A stretch of 64,000 bases of DNA from Dendrobates tinctorius (lineage: Eukaryota): contig NW_027361731.1 of NCBI RefSeq assembly GCF_039654945.1, positions 25,420,001 to 25,484,000 on the forward strand. The letters run 5' to 3'. The notes below the pieces were generated by a model. It searched no databases. It was given only the letters and a program-made list of their open reading frames with translations, and was not told where the DNA came from. The first letter of the stretch is position 1, and every line of letters begins with the position of its first letter. Made by a program: the position numbers and the translations under genes. Below, one piece after another: positions 37,405 to 51,038 of this stretch.

Positions 37405-37878
37405 AGGACAGAACATGACAAAGCTCACTATAAACAGTGCAGGACATCAGTGATAAAAAAAAATGCAGGATTAAAAGAAAAAATGCAAAAAATGTACAAG
37501 GTCCCCCGACTCTGCTCCTGGGAAAGGTGACATTTTATTATTTCAGTATTTTACTCTGTTAATAAAACATGACTGTGGCAGCAGATTTCACCAACGCATT
37601 GGGTTATTATCAGAAGGTCAATGTGAAAGGTTCTATGAGGAGCTGACGAGTCTGTAATAATCATATAATGTTACTCTTTCTCCTGTCAACCGCTGTATGC
37701 GATCTTGCTGGAGGAGAGCAGCGGCCATCCAGAGGGGCCGGGACCTCACTGACAGTAGATCATCACATACCTACTTATCATACAGTAATCCTGAGCGACT
37801 GATCACTGACAGGTGTAATAATCAGTGCCTGAGAGGAGGAGAGACAGGCGGAATAATGTATGCAGGAGGCTCCGCAGA

Positions 37879-39892
37879 CAGAGCTGCACTCACTATTTTG
37901 CTGGTGCAGTCACTGTGTACTTTACATTACTGATCCTGAGTTACATCCTGTATTATATTCCAGAGCTGCACTCACTATTCTGCTAGTGCAGTCACTGTGT
38001 ACATACATTTCATTACTGATCCTGAGTTACATCCTGTATTATACCCCAGAGCTGCACTCACTATTCTGCTGGTGCAGTCACTGTGTACATACATTACATT
38101 ACTGATCCTGAGTTACATCCCGTATTATACCCCAGAGCAGCACTCACTATTCTGCTGGTGCAGTCACTGTGTACATACATTACATTACTGATCCTGAGTT
38201 ACATCCCGTATTATACCCCAGAGCTGCACTCACTATTCTGCTGGTGCAGTCACTGTGTACATACATTACATTACTGATCCTGAGTTACATCCTGTATTAT
38301 ACCCCAGAGCAGCACTCACTATTCTGCTGGTGCAGTCACTGTGTACATACATTACATTACTGATCCTGAGTTGCATCCTGTATTATACCCCAGAGCTGCA
38401 CTCACTATTCTGCTGGTGCAGTCACTGCGTACATACATTACATTACTGATCCTGAGTTACATCCTGTATTATACCACAGAGCTGCACTCACTATTCTGCT
38501 GGTGCAGTCACTTCGTACATACATTACATTACTGATCCTGAGTTACATCCTGTATTATACTCCAGAGCTGCACTCACTATTCTGCTGGTGCAGTCACTGT
38601 GTACATACATTACATTACTGATTCTCAGTTACATCCTGTATTATACTCCAGAGCTGCACTCACTATTCTGCTGGTGCAGTCACTGTGTACATACATTACA
38701 TTACTGATCCTGAGTTACATCCTGTATTATACCCCAGAACAGCACTCACTATTCTGCTGGTGCAGTCACTGTGTACATACATTACATTACTGATCCTGAG
38801 TTACATCCTGTATTATACTCCAGAGCTGCACTCACTATTCTGCTGGTGCAGTCACTGTGTACATACATTACATTACTGATCCTGAGTTGCATCCTGTATT
38901 ATACCCCAGAGCTGCACTCACTATTCTGCTGGTGCAGTCACTGCGTACATACATTACATTACTGATCCTGAGTTACATCCTGTATTATACTACAGAGCTG
39001 CACTCACTATTCTGCTGGTGCAGTCACTTCGTACATACATTATAATACTGATCCTGAGTTACATCCTGTATTATACTCCAGAGCTGTACTCACTATTCTG
39101 CTAGTGCAGTCACTGTATACATACATTACATTACTGATCCTGAGTTACATCCTGTATTATACCCCAGAGCTGCACTCACTATTCTGCTGGTGCAGTCACT
39201 GTGTACATAGATTACATTACTGATCCTGAGTTACCTCCTGTATTATACCCCAGAGCTGCACTCACTATTCTGCTGGTGCAGTCACTGTGTACATACATTA
39301 CTGATCCTGAGTTACATCCTGTATTATACCCCAGAGCTGCACTCACTATTCTGCTGGTGCAGTCACTGTGTACATACATTACATTACTGATCCTGAGTTA
39401 TATCCTGTATCATACTCCAGAGCTGCACTCACTATTCTGCTGGTGCAGTCACTGTGTACATACATTACATTACTGATCCTGTATTGATCCTGTATTATAC
39501 CCCAGAACTGCACTCACTATTCTGCTGGTGCAGTCACTGTGTACATACATTACTGATCCTGAGTTACATCCTGTATTATACCCCAGAGCTGCACTCACTA
39601 TTCTGCTGGTGCAGTCACTGTGTACATACATTACATTACTGATCCTGAGTTATATCCTGTATCATACTCCAGAGCTGCACTCACTATTCTGCTGGTGCAG
39701 TCACTGTGTACATACATTACATTACTGATCCTGTATTGATCCTGTATTATACCCCAGAGCTGCACTCACTATTCTGCTGGTGCAGTCACTGTGTACATAC
39801 ATTACTGATCCTGAGTTACATCCTGTATTATACCCCAGAGCTGCACTCACTATTCTGCTGGTGCAGTCACTGTGTACATACATTACTGATCC
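37879..39892. repeat. 86-bp tandem repeat (CAGAGCTGCACTCACTATTCTGCTGGTGCAGTCACTGTGTACATACATTAC...)
   Basis: About 23 copies; 86-bp spacing also visible in the ORF track. Confidence 0.97.
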
Positions 39893-39899
39893 GTACCCT

Positions 39900-40991
39900 C
39901 CGTAGTGCAGGCATCTCCTGTTCCTGCTCCTCCTCATAAATCACCCAATTCATGCTCAGGAGTTGAGATGAGGCTGGGCAGTATCACCCTGTGTACTTTC
40001 TTCCTCCAGCCCCACCTGATCCACATGCAAATCTTTCTCTTTAATTGTGAGCAGCGAGCTTTTGAGTGGACGCAGAAGCTGATTATGGTGACATCGCTGC
40101 TCACCATCTTGGTTGATGTATTCACGCTTCCGTCACGGACAAGGGTTATGGCAAGCACCTAGCACAAGGGAAAGGGGCAGTGGTGTCACTCGCTGACACT
40201 GATTGTGGACCAAGGCGTCCAGCCCACAGTCAGCTGTTTGATGACTTGGATGTGCAACCTGGTGGTGGTCAGGCTGGTGGTGGTCAGGCTGGTGGGGGTC
40301 AGGCCCCTACTGAGCTTGGTACAACAAAGGCTGCAAATGACTGTTCTTTTATCATCCACACTTTCTTTAAAAAAGCGGCAGAATGGGGGACATCTATCTC
40401 TCGGCCTGGGATCTTGCCGAACGTGGATGTACTGGGGAACAGTTGCTCGCCTTGTTTCTCTGGCCACCCCACTGCCTCTTCCTGCCTGTTGTGGTGCTGT
40501 GGATCCCTCCTCCTGAGCACTACTGTGCTTGCTCTGCATGGCACCTTCCCAGGTTGGGTCAGTGACTTCGTCATCCACCACCTCGTCTTCCACTTCTGCA
40601 CCCTGGTCCCCCTAACTTGTTGACTTAACAATATCACTTGTTGGTAACTGTGTCTCATCATCATGCACCTCTTGAGACACTAATTGCCATTCACCACAGT
40701 CTTCTACTGATTGTGGCTGTTTGATCATTACACACGAGCGCCTCACATCCCTCTTGTAACGTGCAGGGTGAGAGGCCAGAATCAATAATTGGAAATGTAA
40801 AGAGATCCTCGGAGAGTCCGATTGTGCGATCACTTGTCTCCTGGGACTCACCATGGTGGGAGGAAGGGTGATCAGGGCGAGGATTATGTGGTCCAGACTC
40901 TTGGCTAGTGAGACTGGACCGTATGGAAGACTGGGTGGTGCTGGGAAACATACTGGAAGCATTATGTACTATCAAACTGACCACCTGTTTG
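39900..40991 (-). mobile_element. hAT transposase remnant (BED zinc-finger region)
   Basis: ORF 40186..40593: DDEVTDPTW...FFKESVDDKRTVICSLCCTKLSRG...TTSL..H resembles the ZBED/hAT N-terminus; no TIRs seen. Confidence 0.6.
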
Positions 40992-42004
40992 TGTGGCGCC
41001 CCCAGGAGTATGGTCACCACAGTGGCTTTGCCTTCCTCCAGGGGAGGGTAGTGCCAGGCTTGGATGCAATGATGGGTCTCTCTCGCAGTCAATCCATGCA
41101 TGCAACACAGTTCCACTCCAGGCCAGCAGGGGGAACTCTGAACCAGGATTAAGGGGAGGAGTGCTCTCTGAGGGCCAAGAGGAAGGAGTGGTGAGTTAGC
41201 CTGCGGAGGGTGAAGTGTGCAGACGTGGAGAGGCTGGAGGTTGAGCTAGGAAAGGAGAGCTCCCTCACAGTGAGCACATGAACTGGAGCCTGGTCTCCAC
41301 AGTTGTACGAATACTAACGGTCCTACAACAGATACCAGAGGAGTAGGAGGCTGTAAATGCCCTACTCCCATCTAAGACTTGAGGGCACAACAGCAGCTTG
41401 GATAGAGAGCCGGGACTCAGGAGAAAAGAGCCCTCGAGATAGGCTACAGCTGCCTGCCGTGCAAGTAAGGTTCTTGAGAACATCTGACAGGAGGAACTTC
41501 AGTGTAACTCAGTACTAGGAGTACTTCATTCAATCAAGCGCTAGGAAGGAGACTGCACAGCCCGTCTGCTGAGAGAGAATCCCTGAGTTGCTTCCAGGCT
41601 AGCCTGCTCCGTTACCATCTGTAATCAGGACCCTACACTGCAGTTATCAAGTAAAGGTACAGAAATTGCACCCCGCTGTGTCTGGTCTGCTTCCTACCCT
41701 TACGGCACTGCTACATCCCCGTGCCAACCACCTCTACACTGCCCTGGGACTATAGCTTCACCTGTGGGGAGTTTTTACATCCTTGCTGCACCCTACCATC
41801 AGTCCCAGCGGATCTGCACGCAGCGTCGGCTTAACACCTCCCTTGCCGAGCACCACAGGTGGCGTCACAAACTATTCCATTCCATTAACTACATTCCCCC
41901 ATTACTTGGGGGCCCAGGGCCACGGACCGGGTCACCGCTGCTGTGACACATTCCCCTGACACCGGCCGGTACCGAGTACCCCACAGCCCTGGGAGGGCGA
42001 CCCA
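40992..42004 (+). mobile_element. Solo-LTR-like element (Gypsy-type 4-bp TSD)
   Basis: TGTGGCGCCC...GGGCGACCCA inverted ends; TSD TTTG at 40988-40991 and 42005-42008. Confidence 0.8.
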
Positions 42005-42196
42005 TTTGCACTCTGCGACTCCTGCAAAGTGAGCCAGGAAGCTAGGTCTCATGGATGAGCGTGTTTGTTGTGCTCCCGCAGCAGCTGCTGCTGATCTGGT
42101 GGTAGAGATTGGCTACAATGGTAGCAAACCACCAGCTGTGAGAGGTGAATGGGGGTCGCCATACATCCCTGGTCACACAGTAATCTGCCGACCCAC

Positions 42197-42436
42197 CTGG
42201 AATATGTTGGACAGGTCCCGCAGGTTGAAGATGTAGTGGAACTTGATGGCCGTGGGCAAAAAGGTGGCGGTGACCTTCTGGTGTAGGGACAGCGCCAGGC
42301 TGATCAGCTGTGGGGTGGTCTTCTGCAGAGCAGCAGGGAATCTGCCCATCTTCAGGTGCTGCGTCAGGATGGTGCTATAGATGGTGGAGAGAGCGTCCGT
42401 GCCCGGAAAGGAGAGGGCGAACACACTGAAATGTCT
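42197..42436 (-). CDS. dnah9: Dynein heavy chain exon (240 nt): RHFSVF...HYIFNLRDLSNIFQ
   Basis: AG/GT boundaries; phase 0 to 0. Confidence 0.95.
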
Positions 42437-42477
42437 CTGTGCGGGGAAGATAGAGGAAATTGTATACAAGGAGGTGA

Positions 42478-43023
42478 ATCTAATCCTCTCTTGTGTGATA
42501 CAGACTGCTGAGCTGTGTATCTAATCTTCTCCTGTGTGATACTGATTGCTGAGCTGTGTATCTAATCCTATCCTGTGTGATACTGTCTGCTGAGCCGTGT
42601 ATCTAATCCTATCGTGTGATACTGACTGCTGAGCCGTGTATCTAATCCTCTCCTGTGTGATACTGACTGCTGAGCCGTGTATCTAATCCTATCCTGTGTG
42701 ATACTGACTGCTGAGCCGGGTATCTAACCATATCCTGTGTGATACTGACTGCTGAGCCGTGTATCTAATCCTATCCTGTGTGATGACTGCTGAGCCGTGT
42801 ATTTAATCCTCTCATGTGTGATACTGACTGCTGAGCTGTGTATCTAATCCTCTCCTGTGTGATACTGACTGCTGAGCCGTGTATCTAATCCTCTCCTGTG
42901 TGATACTGACTGCTGAGCCATGTATCTAATCCTATCCTGTGTGACACTGACTGCTGAGCTGTGTATCTAATCCTCTCCGTGTGATACTAACTGCTGAGCC
43001 ATGTATCTAATCCTGTGTGATAC
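42478..43023. repeat. 41-bp minisatellite (TATCTAATCCTCTCCTGTGTGATACTGACTGCTGAGCCGTG)
   Basis: About 13 copies. Confidence 0.95.
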
Positions 43024-43099
43024 GTGTGTTCCCTAGGTGTTGCTTCCTGATGATGGGCAGTAGTACAGTATGGTGGTATTGCTCAGACACAGTATGTGA

Positions 43100-44200
43100 A
43101 GAGGGGTCTGGTCCTGGGGTCCCGTCTCCTCCCTGTGCTGTCGGTATGTGTATAGGGGTCCCGTCCCCTCCATGTGCTATTGGTACTAAACTCTCCCCCC
43201 TCCAATCTGTCTTGAATGCTTCAGCCAGGATCATATTCCTCGCCAATCGTTACACCGATGCCTCTACCTAGTGCCAGTCATTACACTGGCTACCCATCCA
43301 CTCCAGAATCCAGTATAAACATTACTCTCACCCAGAAAGCACCACCCTACATCTCCTCCCTCGTCTCAGTCTACCACCCTACTCGTGCCCTCCGTTTTTC
43401 TAATGACCTGTGAATAACATCCTCAATAATCAGAACCTCCCACTCCCGTCTGCAAGACTTCTCATGTGCTGTGCCAATTCTTTGGAAAGCACTACCTGAG
43501 ATAATTCGACTAATCCCCAGTACCCACAGTTTTAAGCGTGCCCTAAAAACGCTTTTGTTCAGACCGGCCTACCACCTCAACGCATTTAACTATCACTGTG
43601 TTGCCCATTCAAAACTTTCTTGATAACCAGGTTCCTCGTATCATGTCCTCACATGCTTTATGCATATAATAGCCCTCTGTGTCTGTACTGTTACAAATTG
43701 TGTCTGATAACTGGTTCATGCAGCATCACATGAACACCCGATTTCCTGCACTATGTCTGGTCAGAACAATGAAAGCAAATGTCACCATCCACCTCTTGGT
43801 ATCCTTTTATGTGATTATTGTTATGCTGTAATGTCTATTGCTTGTACAAGTCCCCTCCAAAATGTAAAGTGCTGCGGAATATGTAGAAATAAAAGTATTA
43901 TTATTATTATTATTATTATAGGGGTCCTGTCCCAACCCTGTGCTGTCCGTATGTGTATAGGGGTCTGGTCCTGGGGTCTCATCCCCTCCCTGTGCTGTTT
44001 GTATGTGTATAGGGGTCCAGTCCTGGTGTCTCGTCCCCTCCCTGTGCTATCGGTATGTGTATTGGGGTCCAATCCTGGGGTCCCGTCCCCTCCCTGTGTC
44101 ATTGGTTTGTGTATAGGGGTCCAATCCTGGGGTCCCGTCTCCTTCCTGTGTTGTCGGTATGTGTATAGCGGTCCAGTTCTGGGGTCCCGCCCCCTTTCTG
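43100..44200. repeat. 52-bp degenerate minisatellite interrupted by an L2 fragment
   Basis: GGTATGTGTATAGGGGTCC...CCTGGGGTCCCGTCCCCTCCCTGTG recurring at 44052, 44104, 44156 and ~43143. Confidence 0.85.
43186..43920 (+). mobile_element. 3' fragment of a second L2-clade LINE family
   Basis: LSPLQSVLNASARIIFL...SLHWLP... parallels the C-terminus of the first L2; (TTA)n tail at 43896-43920. Confidence 0.85.
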
Positions 44201-44212
44201 TGCAGTTCAGAC

Positions 44213-44315
44213 CTGCAGCCGGGGGTTGATGGTGAAGCTGCCGGAGGTGGGGTTCATGCAGGACACGTACTGGACGTTCATTATCTCCTTCAAGGTCAGC
44301 TTGGTGCGGTCGTAC
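44213..44315 (-). CDS. dnah9: Dynein heavy chain exon (103 nt): YDRTKLTLK...[16 protein letters not shown]
   Basis: AG/GT boundaries; phase 2 to 0. Confidence 0.95.
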
Positions 44316-44496
44316 CTGCAACGGAAGCCAAGGTGTTCAGCTCGAATAACAGTGAAGATTATCATCTGCTTTGTTGTTTGAAACAGTGTATCAGTGCAGG
44401 GATATGCAGTATTGGTTGCAGAGCCCAGGACCACTGCCCACACTGATACACTGTTACACCCCATCAGCTGTGAGCAGGCGGAGGTCAGCTCTCTAC

Positions 44497-44662
44497 CAGT
44501 GGCCGTAGTCCATGTGCTGCCGGATCAGCGTGTGCGGCTGTACGGTCCCGTACGTGTCCACCTCCGGCATGTTCATATCATCGATGAAGTAGATCAGCTT
44601 CTTGGTTCCTGGAGGTCCGAAGTTGCGACCAGATTTCTTCTCCAGAGGCTTCTCCAGAATGG
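44497..44662 (-). CDS. dnah9: Dynein heavy chain exon (166 nt): ILEKPLEKK...YFIDDMNMP...DYGHW
   Basis: AG/GT boundaries; phase 1 to 2; AAA3 Walker B region. Confidence 0.95.
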
Positions 44663-44780
44663 CTGACGACAGAGATATAAGGAGAGAGGTCAGAGGGGAG
44701 GACACAGAGACCATCTGGTATAATGTCAGAGTGGGGGGGATCCCCGGACCCCAAAGAGTGTGAATAAGAGGGGAATGAGA

Positions 44781-47512
44781 AGTATAGTAGTGATGTTACT
44801 GGACATAGGGGTCAGTATTACAGTAGTGATGTTACTGTACATAGGAGCAGTATTACAGTAGTTATATTCTTGTACATAGGGGCAGTATTATAGTAGTTAT
44901 ATTCTTGTACATAGGAGCAGTATTATAGTAGTTATATTCTTGTACATAGGAGCAGTATTATAGTAGTTATATTCTTGTACATAGGGGCAGTATTATAGTA
45001 CTTATATTCTTGTACATAGGAGCAGTATTATAGTAGTTATATTCTTGTACATAGGAGCAGTATTATAGTAGTTATATTCTTGTACATAGGAGCAGTATTA
45101 TAGTAGTTATATTCTTGTACATAGGGGCAGTATTATAGTACTTATATTCTTGTACATAGGAGCAGTATTATAGTAGTTATATTCTTGTACATAGGAGCAG
45201 TATTATAGTACTTATATTCTTGTACATAGGGGGCAGTATTATAGTAGTTATATTCTTGTACATAGGGGCAGTATTATAGTAGTTATATTCTTGTACATAG
45301 GGGGCAGTGTTATAGTAGTTATATTCTTGTACATAGGGGGCAGTATTATAGTAGTTATATTCTTGTACATAGGGGAAGTATTATAGTAGTTATATTCTTG
45401 TACATAGGGGGCAGTTTTATAGTAGTTATATTCTTGTACATAGGAGCAGTATTATAGTAGTTATATTCTTGTACATAGGAGCAGTATTATAGTAGTTATA
45501 TTCTTGTACATAGGAGCAGTATTATAGTAGTTATATTCTTGTACATAGGAGCAGTATTATAGTAGTTATATTCTTGTACATAGGAGCAGTATTATAGTAG
45601 TTATATTCTTGTACATAGGAGCAGTATTATAGTAGTTATATTCTTGTACATAGGGGCAGTATTATAGTAGTTATATTCTTGTACATAGGAGCAGTATTAT
45701 AGTAGTTATATTCTTGTACATAGGAGCAGTATTATAGTAGTTATATTCTTGTACATAGGGGCAGTATTATAGTAGTTATATTCTTGTACATAGGGGGCAG
45801 TATTATAGTAGTTATATTCTTGTACATAGGAGCAGTATTATAGTAGTTATATTCTTGTACATAGGAGCAGTATTATAGTAGTTATATTCTTGTACATAGG
45901 AGCAGTATTATAGTAGTTATACTCTTGTACATAGGGGCAGTATTATAGTAGTTATATTCTTGTACATAGGAGCAGTATTATAGTAGTTATACTCTTGTAC
46001 ATAGGGGCAGTATTATAGTAGTTATATTCTTGTACATAGGAGCAGTATTATAGTAGTTATATTCTTGTACATAGGGACAGTATTATAGTTGTTATATTCT
46101 TGTACATAGGGGGCAGTATTATAGTAGTTATATTCTTGTACATAGGGGCAGTATTATAGTAGTTATATTCTTGTACATAGGAGCAGTATTATAGTAGTTA
46201 TATTCTTGTACATAGTGGGCAGTATTATAGTAGTTATATTCTTGTACATAGGAGCAGTATTATAGTAGTTATATTCTTGTACATAGGGGGCAGTATTATA
46301 GTAGTTATATTCTTGTACATAGGGAGCAGCATTATAGTAGTTATATTCTTGTACATAGGGGCAGTATTATAGTAGTTATATTCTTGTACATAGGGGCAGT
46401 ATTATAGTAGTTATATTCTTGTACATAGGAGCAGTATTATAGTAGTTATATTCTTGTACATAGGGGGCAGTATTATAGTAGTTATATTCTTGTACATAGG
46501 AAGCAGCATTATAGTAGTTATATTCTTGTACATAGAGGCTGTATTATAGTAGTTATATTCTTGTACATAGGGGGTAGTATTATAGTAGTTATATTCTTGT
46601 ACATAGAGGCTGTATTATAGTAGTTATATTCTTGTACATAGAGGGCAGTATTATAGTAGTTATATTCTTGTACATAGGGAGCAGCATTATAGTAGTTATA
46701 TTCTTGTACATAGAGGCTGTATTATAGTAGTTATATTCTTGTACATAGGGGGTAGTATTATAGTAGTTATATTCTTGTACATAGAGGCTGCATTATAGTA
46801 GTTATATTCTTGTACATAGGGGGCAGTATTATAGTAGTTATATTCTTGTACATAGGGAGCAGCATTATAGGAGTTATATTCTTGTACATAGGGGCAGTAT
46901 TATTATAGTAGCTATATTCTTGTACATAGGGGCAGTATTATAGTAGTTATATTCTTGTACATAGGGGCAGTATTATAGTAGTTATATTCTTGTACATAGG
47001 AGCAGTATTATAGTAGTTATATTCCTGTACATAGGGGCAGTATTATAGTAGTTATATTCTTGTACATAGGGGGCAGTATTATAGTAGTTATATTCTTGTA
47101 CATAGGGGGCAGTATTATAGTAGTTATATTCTTGTACATAGGGGCAGTATTATAGTAGTTATATTCTTGTACATAGGGGCAGTATTATAGTAGTTATATT
47201 CTTGTACATAGGGGGCAGTATTATAGTAGTTATATTCTTGTACATAGGGGCAGTATTATAGTAGTTATATTCTTGTACATAGGGGGCAGTGTTATAGTAG
47301 TTATATTCTTGTACATAGGGGGCAGTATTATAGTAGTTATATTCTTGTACATAGGGGCAGTATTATAGTAGTTATATTCTTGTACATAGGGGGCAGTTTT
47401 ATAGTAGTTATATTCTTGTACATAGGGGGCAGTATTATAGTAGCTATATTCTTGTACATAGGGGCAGTATTACAGTAGTTATATTCTTGTACATAGGGGC
47501 AGTATTATAGTA
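44781..47512. repeat. 35/36-bp minisatellite array, ~2.7 kb
   Basis: Same unit and orientation as the other arrays; the first two units are diverged. Confidence 0.97.
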
Positions 47513-48202
47513 TGAACATAGAGCAGATTAATTGTACGGCACAATGTACATGTAGATTTGCCCTTTCTCAGAGCTCGGTATTAGGACGGGCGGTCAGTGA
47601 CTTCTTGGATGAGCCTGGTTTCTGATTTTCTGTCTGTTCAGCAATTTGCATGTAATTATGATTCACTCATGAAGTGCAGACATTCTGCGCCTCTTGTGTG
47701 CAATGTTTTTACAGTCAGTGGCTTGATCGCGCTGTGGATGAAGGCGGTTGTACGTCTGCCGGTGGGTAATAAAGAATTTGCCACTAATAGGTTGCGCTGG
47801 AGATGTGCAGTACAAGACAAGAAAGCCGATAACTGGGAACTTAACCTACATTTGTACATAGACTTAAAAATTCCGAAAAAAAGGGCCAAATATTTGAATC
47901 TCAGTGACACCACTGGTGTGGAAGAGGGAAGGCAGAGGGAATGGTATGAAAAAAAACAATGTACAGGAAAATGACACTGATACTAGGAGTACAGGATAAT
48001 GGCACTGACACTCAAGGTACTGACACTTGGGGTCTCATGTGGAAATGAATGTGAGAGCTGCTCTGTATATACAGTATGTTGGGTTCTGCAGGTATATAGA
48101 TGGCACTGATACTGCAGCCTGCTGCCTGGATGCAGGGCAGGAGAGCGCAGCAGATTCCGCAATTACTGCTCTCCAGCGCCTTGGATTCTACCTGATATTA
48201 CA

Positions 48203-48216
48203 CTGCCATCTGCTGG
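48203..48216 (-). promoter_or_regulatory. CTCF core-motif match CCAGCAGATGGCAG
   Basis: Matches consensus CCASYAGRKGGCRS; motif only, no binding data. Confidence 0.35.
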
Positions 48217-48269
48217 ATATTCTGGATATTGCACTCACAACCCACCACACATCACAGAACCAGCTTGTT

Positions 48270-49760
48270 GACACCCGGGGTCCAGGGCACAGACACCCGG
48301 GGTCCAGGGCACAGACACCCGGAGGTCCAGGGCACAGACACCCGGGGTCCAGGGCACAGACACCCGGGGTCCAGGGCACAGACACCCGGGGTTCAGAGCA
48401 CAGACACGCGGGGTACAGGGCACAGACACGCGGGGTACAGGGCACAGACACGTGGGGTCCATTGGCACAGACACGTGGGATCCATTGGCACAGACACCCG
48501 GGGTCCTTGACACAGACACCCGGGGTCCTTGACACAGACACCCGGGGTCCTTGGCACAGACACCCGGGGTCCTGGGCACAGACACCCGGGGTCCAGGGCA
48601 CAGACACGTGGGGTCCATTGGCACAGATACCCGGGATCCTGGGCACAGACACCCGGGGTCCAGGGCACAGACACGCGGGGTCCATTGGCACAGACATGCG
48701 GGGTCCATTGGCACAGACACGTGGGGTCCATTGGCACAGATACCCGGGGTCCTGGGCACAGACACCCGGGGTCCTGGGCACAGACACGCGGGGTCCAGGG
48801 CACAGATACCCGGGGTCCAGGGCACAGACACCCGGGGTCCAGGGCACAGACACGTGGGGTCCATTGGCACAAATACCCGGGGTCCTGGGCACAGACACCC
48901 GGGTCCTGGGCACAGACACCTGGGGTCCAGGGCACAGATACCCGGGGTCCAGGGCACAGACACCCGGGGTCCAGGGCACAGACACGTGGGGTCCATTGGC
49001 ACAGATACCCGGGGTCCTTGGCACAGACACCCGGGGTCCAGGGCACAGACACGCGGGGTACAGGGCACAGACACGTGGGGTCCATTGGCACAGACACCCG
49101 GGGTCCTTGACACAGACACCCGGGGTCCTTGACACAGACACCCGGGGTCCTTGGCACAGACACCCGGGGTCCTTGGCACAGACACCCGGGGTCCTTGGCA
49201 CAGACACCCGGGGTCCTTGGCACAGACACCCGGGGTCCTTGGCACAGACACCCGGGGTCCAGGGCACAGACACGTGGGGTCCATTGGCACAGATACCCGG
49301 GATCCTGGGCACAGACACCCGGGGTCCAGGGCACAGACACGCGGGGTCCATTGGCACAGACACGTGGGGTCCATTGGCACAGACACGTGGGGTCCATTGG
49401 CACAGATACCCGGGGTCCTGGGCACAGACACCCGGGGTCCTGGGCACAGACACGCGGGGTCCAGGGCACAGATACCCGGGGTCCAGGGCACAGACACCCG
49501 GGGTCCAGGGCACAGACATGTGGGGTCCATTGGCACAAATACCCGGGGTCCTGGGCACAGACACCCGGGGTCCTGGGCACAGACACCTGGGGTCCAGGGC
49601 ACAGATACCCGGGGTCCATTGGCACAGACACCCGGGGTCCTTGGCACAGACACGTAGGGTCCATTGGCACAGACACCCGGGGTCCTTGGCACAGACACCC
49701 GGGGTCCAGGGCACAGACACCCGGGGTCCAGGGCACAGACATGCAGGGTACCGGGCACAC
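48270..49760. repeat. 22-bp GC/CpG-rich minisatellite (GGGCACAGACACCCGGGGTCCA)
   Basis: About 67 copies; starts a few nt from the exon donor at 49765. Confidence 0.97.
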
Positions 49761-49765
49761 CTCAC

Positions 49766-49973
49766 CTTGCAGCATGGCGGAGGTGGTGTAGTAGTTGAAG
49801 GGCACGTTCTTGATCAGATACTCGTCAGGGTCCAGAGATGACAACTTGTCTCCCACCAGTACGGACTTCCCGGTGCCCGCGTTGCCCACCAGCATCACCG
49901 GCCTCTTATTCTCCAGCAGTTTGTCCATGAAATATCGGACTCGGATTGTTTCAGTCGTGTGAACCAAGCAAGC
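49766..49973 (-). CDS. dnah9: Dynein heavy chain exon (208 nt): ACLVHTTET...GNAGTGKS...TSAMLQ (AAA3 P-loop)
   Basis: AG/GT boundaries; phase 0 to 1; Walker A. Confidence 0.95.
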
Positions 49974-50400
49974 CTGAAAAACCCGGGGAGAAAGTCTAGA
50001 GCCGCCATTTCTGACTGCAGGTGAGGAAGCAGCGAGACGCTCCGTAACTTCTTCCATCCACAATGTTTATAGTCACAGGCAGGAAGCAGAGGTGCGGAGG
50101 AAAGGCCGTTACGCAGAGGACACGGTCATCAAACCGCTTATTTTTGTTAAGGCAAATGCCAGTCAGCCCAGCGATTGCAGCTTTGCATGTGACTGGAGTA
50201 AACATCGGTAATAGACCTGAGGTCACCTGATTCTTTATAAAGTGCATATCTCATACTGCAGTCACATCCAGAGCTGCACTTACACTTCACTCTCGGCCTG
50301 CGGACACTGCATTACAGTGACGGCTTAGTCCACACGTGTGAGCGCAGCTCTGGCTGTGAATGGAGAAATGTCATGTATGTACAATGTGAAGGGCACAGAC

Positions 50401-50574
50401 CTGGAGGGGCATGTCCGGATCAAACACGAACTTAGGAATGAGCTTAGACCAAAGCTCAAACTTCTTGGTCTCTTGATCGATATAATAGTCGAAGACGGTG
50501 CCCTGCGAGGGGAACTTGATGGTCTTGAATTCTGTGATCCACCATTTACTGAACTCCACTCTGTAGTCAATGAG
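50401..50574 (-). CDS. dnah9: Dynein heavy chain exon (174 nt): LIDYRVEFSKWW...DPDMPLQ
   Basis: AG/GT boundaries (donor GTCTGT); phase 0 to 0. Confidence 0.93.
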
Positions 50575-50644
50575 CTGAGGGAGAAAAGGGAAAGATCAGA
50601 TTGTAATCCGCGTACATGATGTGTCACCACAGACCGCACACCGT

Positions 50645-51038
50645 GGACCCACCGTATACCAGGAACAGCCCACAGGACCCGCGGTATACCAGAATCTCCC
50701 CACAGTAGCCGCCGAATACCGGGACCAGCCCACAGGACCAACCATATACCAGGACCAGCTCACAGGACCCGCCGTATACCAGGACCAGCCCACAAGTCCC
50801 ACCGTATACCGGGACCAGCCCACAGGACCCGCCGTACCCCGGGACCAGCCCACAGGACCCGCCGTATACCGGGACCAGCCCACAAGACCCGCCGTATACC
50901 AGGACCAGCCCACAAGACCCGCCGTACCCCGGGACCAGCCCATGGGACCCGCTGTATACCGGGACCAGCCCACAGGACCCGCTGTATACCTGGACCAGCC
51001 CACAGGACCAGCTGTATATTGGGACCAGCCCACAAGAC
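50645..51038. repeat. 30-bp minisatellite (GGACCAGCCCACAGGACCCGCCGTATACCG)
   Basis: About 13 copies. Confidence 0.95.

Noticed and set aside
37860-39939. Repeated 64-aa ORFs, and a possible hammerhead ribozyme as in newt satellite 2
   Set aside because: The ORFs track the 86-bp unit; I found no CTGANGA...GAAA core with flanking stems in the unit.
48027-49841. 500-600-aa ORFs on both strands
   Set aside because: Translations of a stop-poor 22-bp repeat; the unit is not a multiple of 3 and several frames are open.
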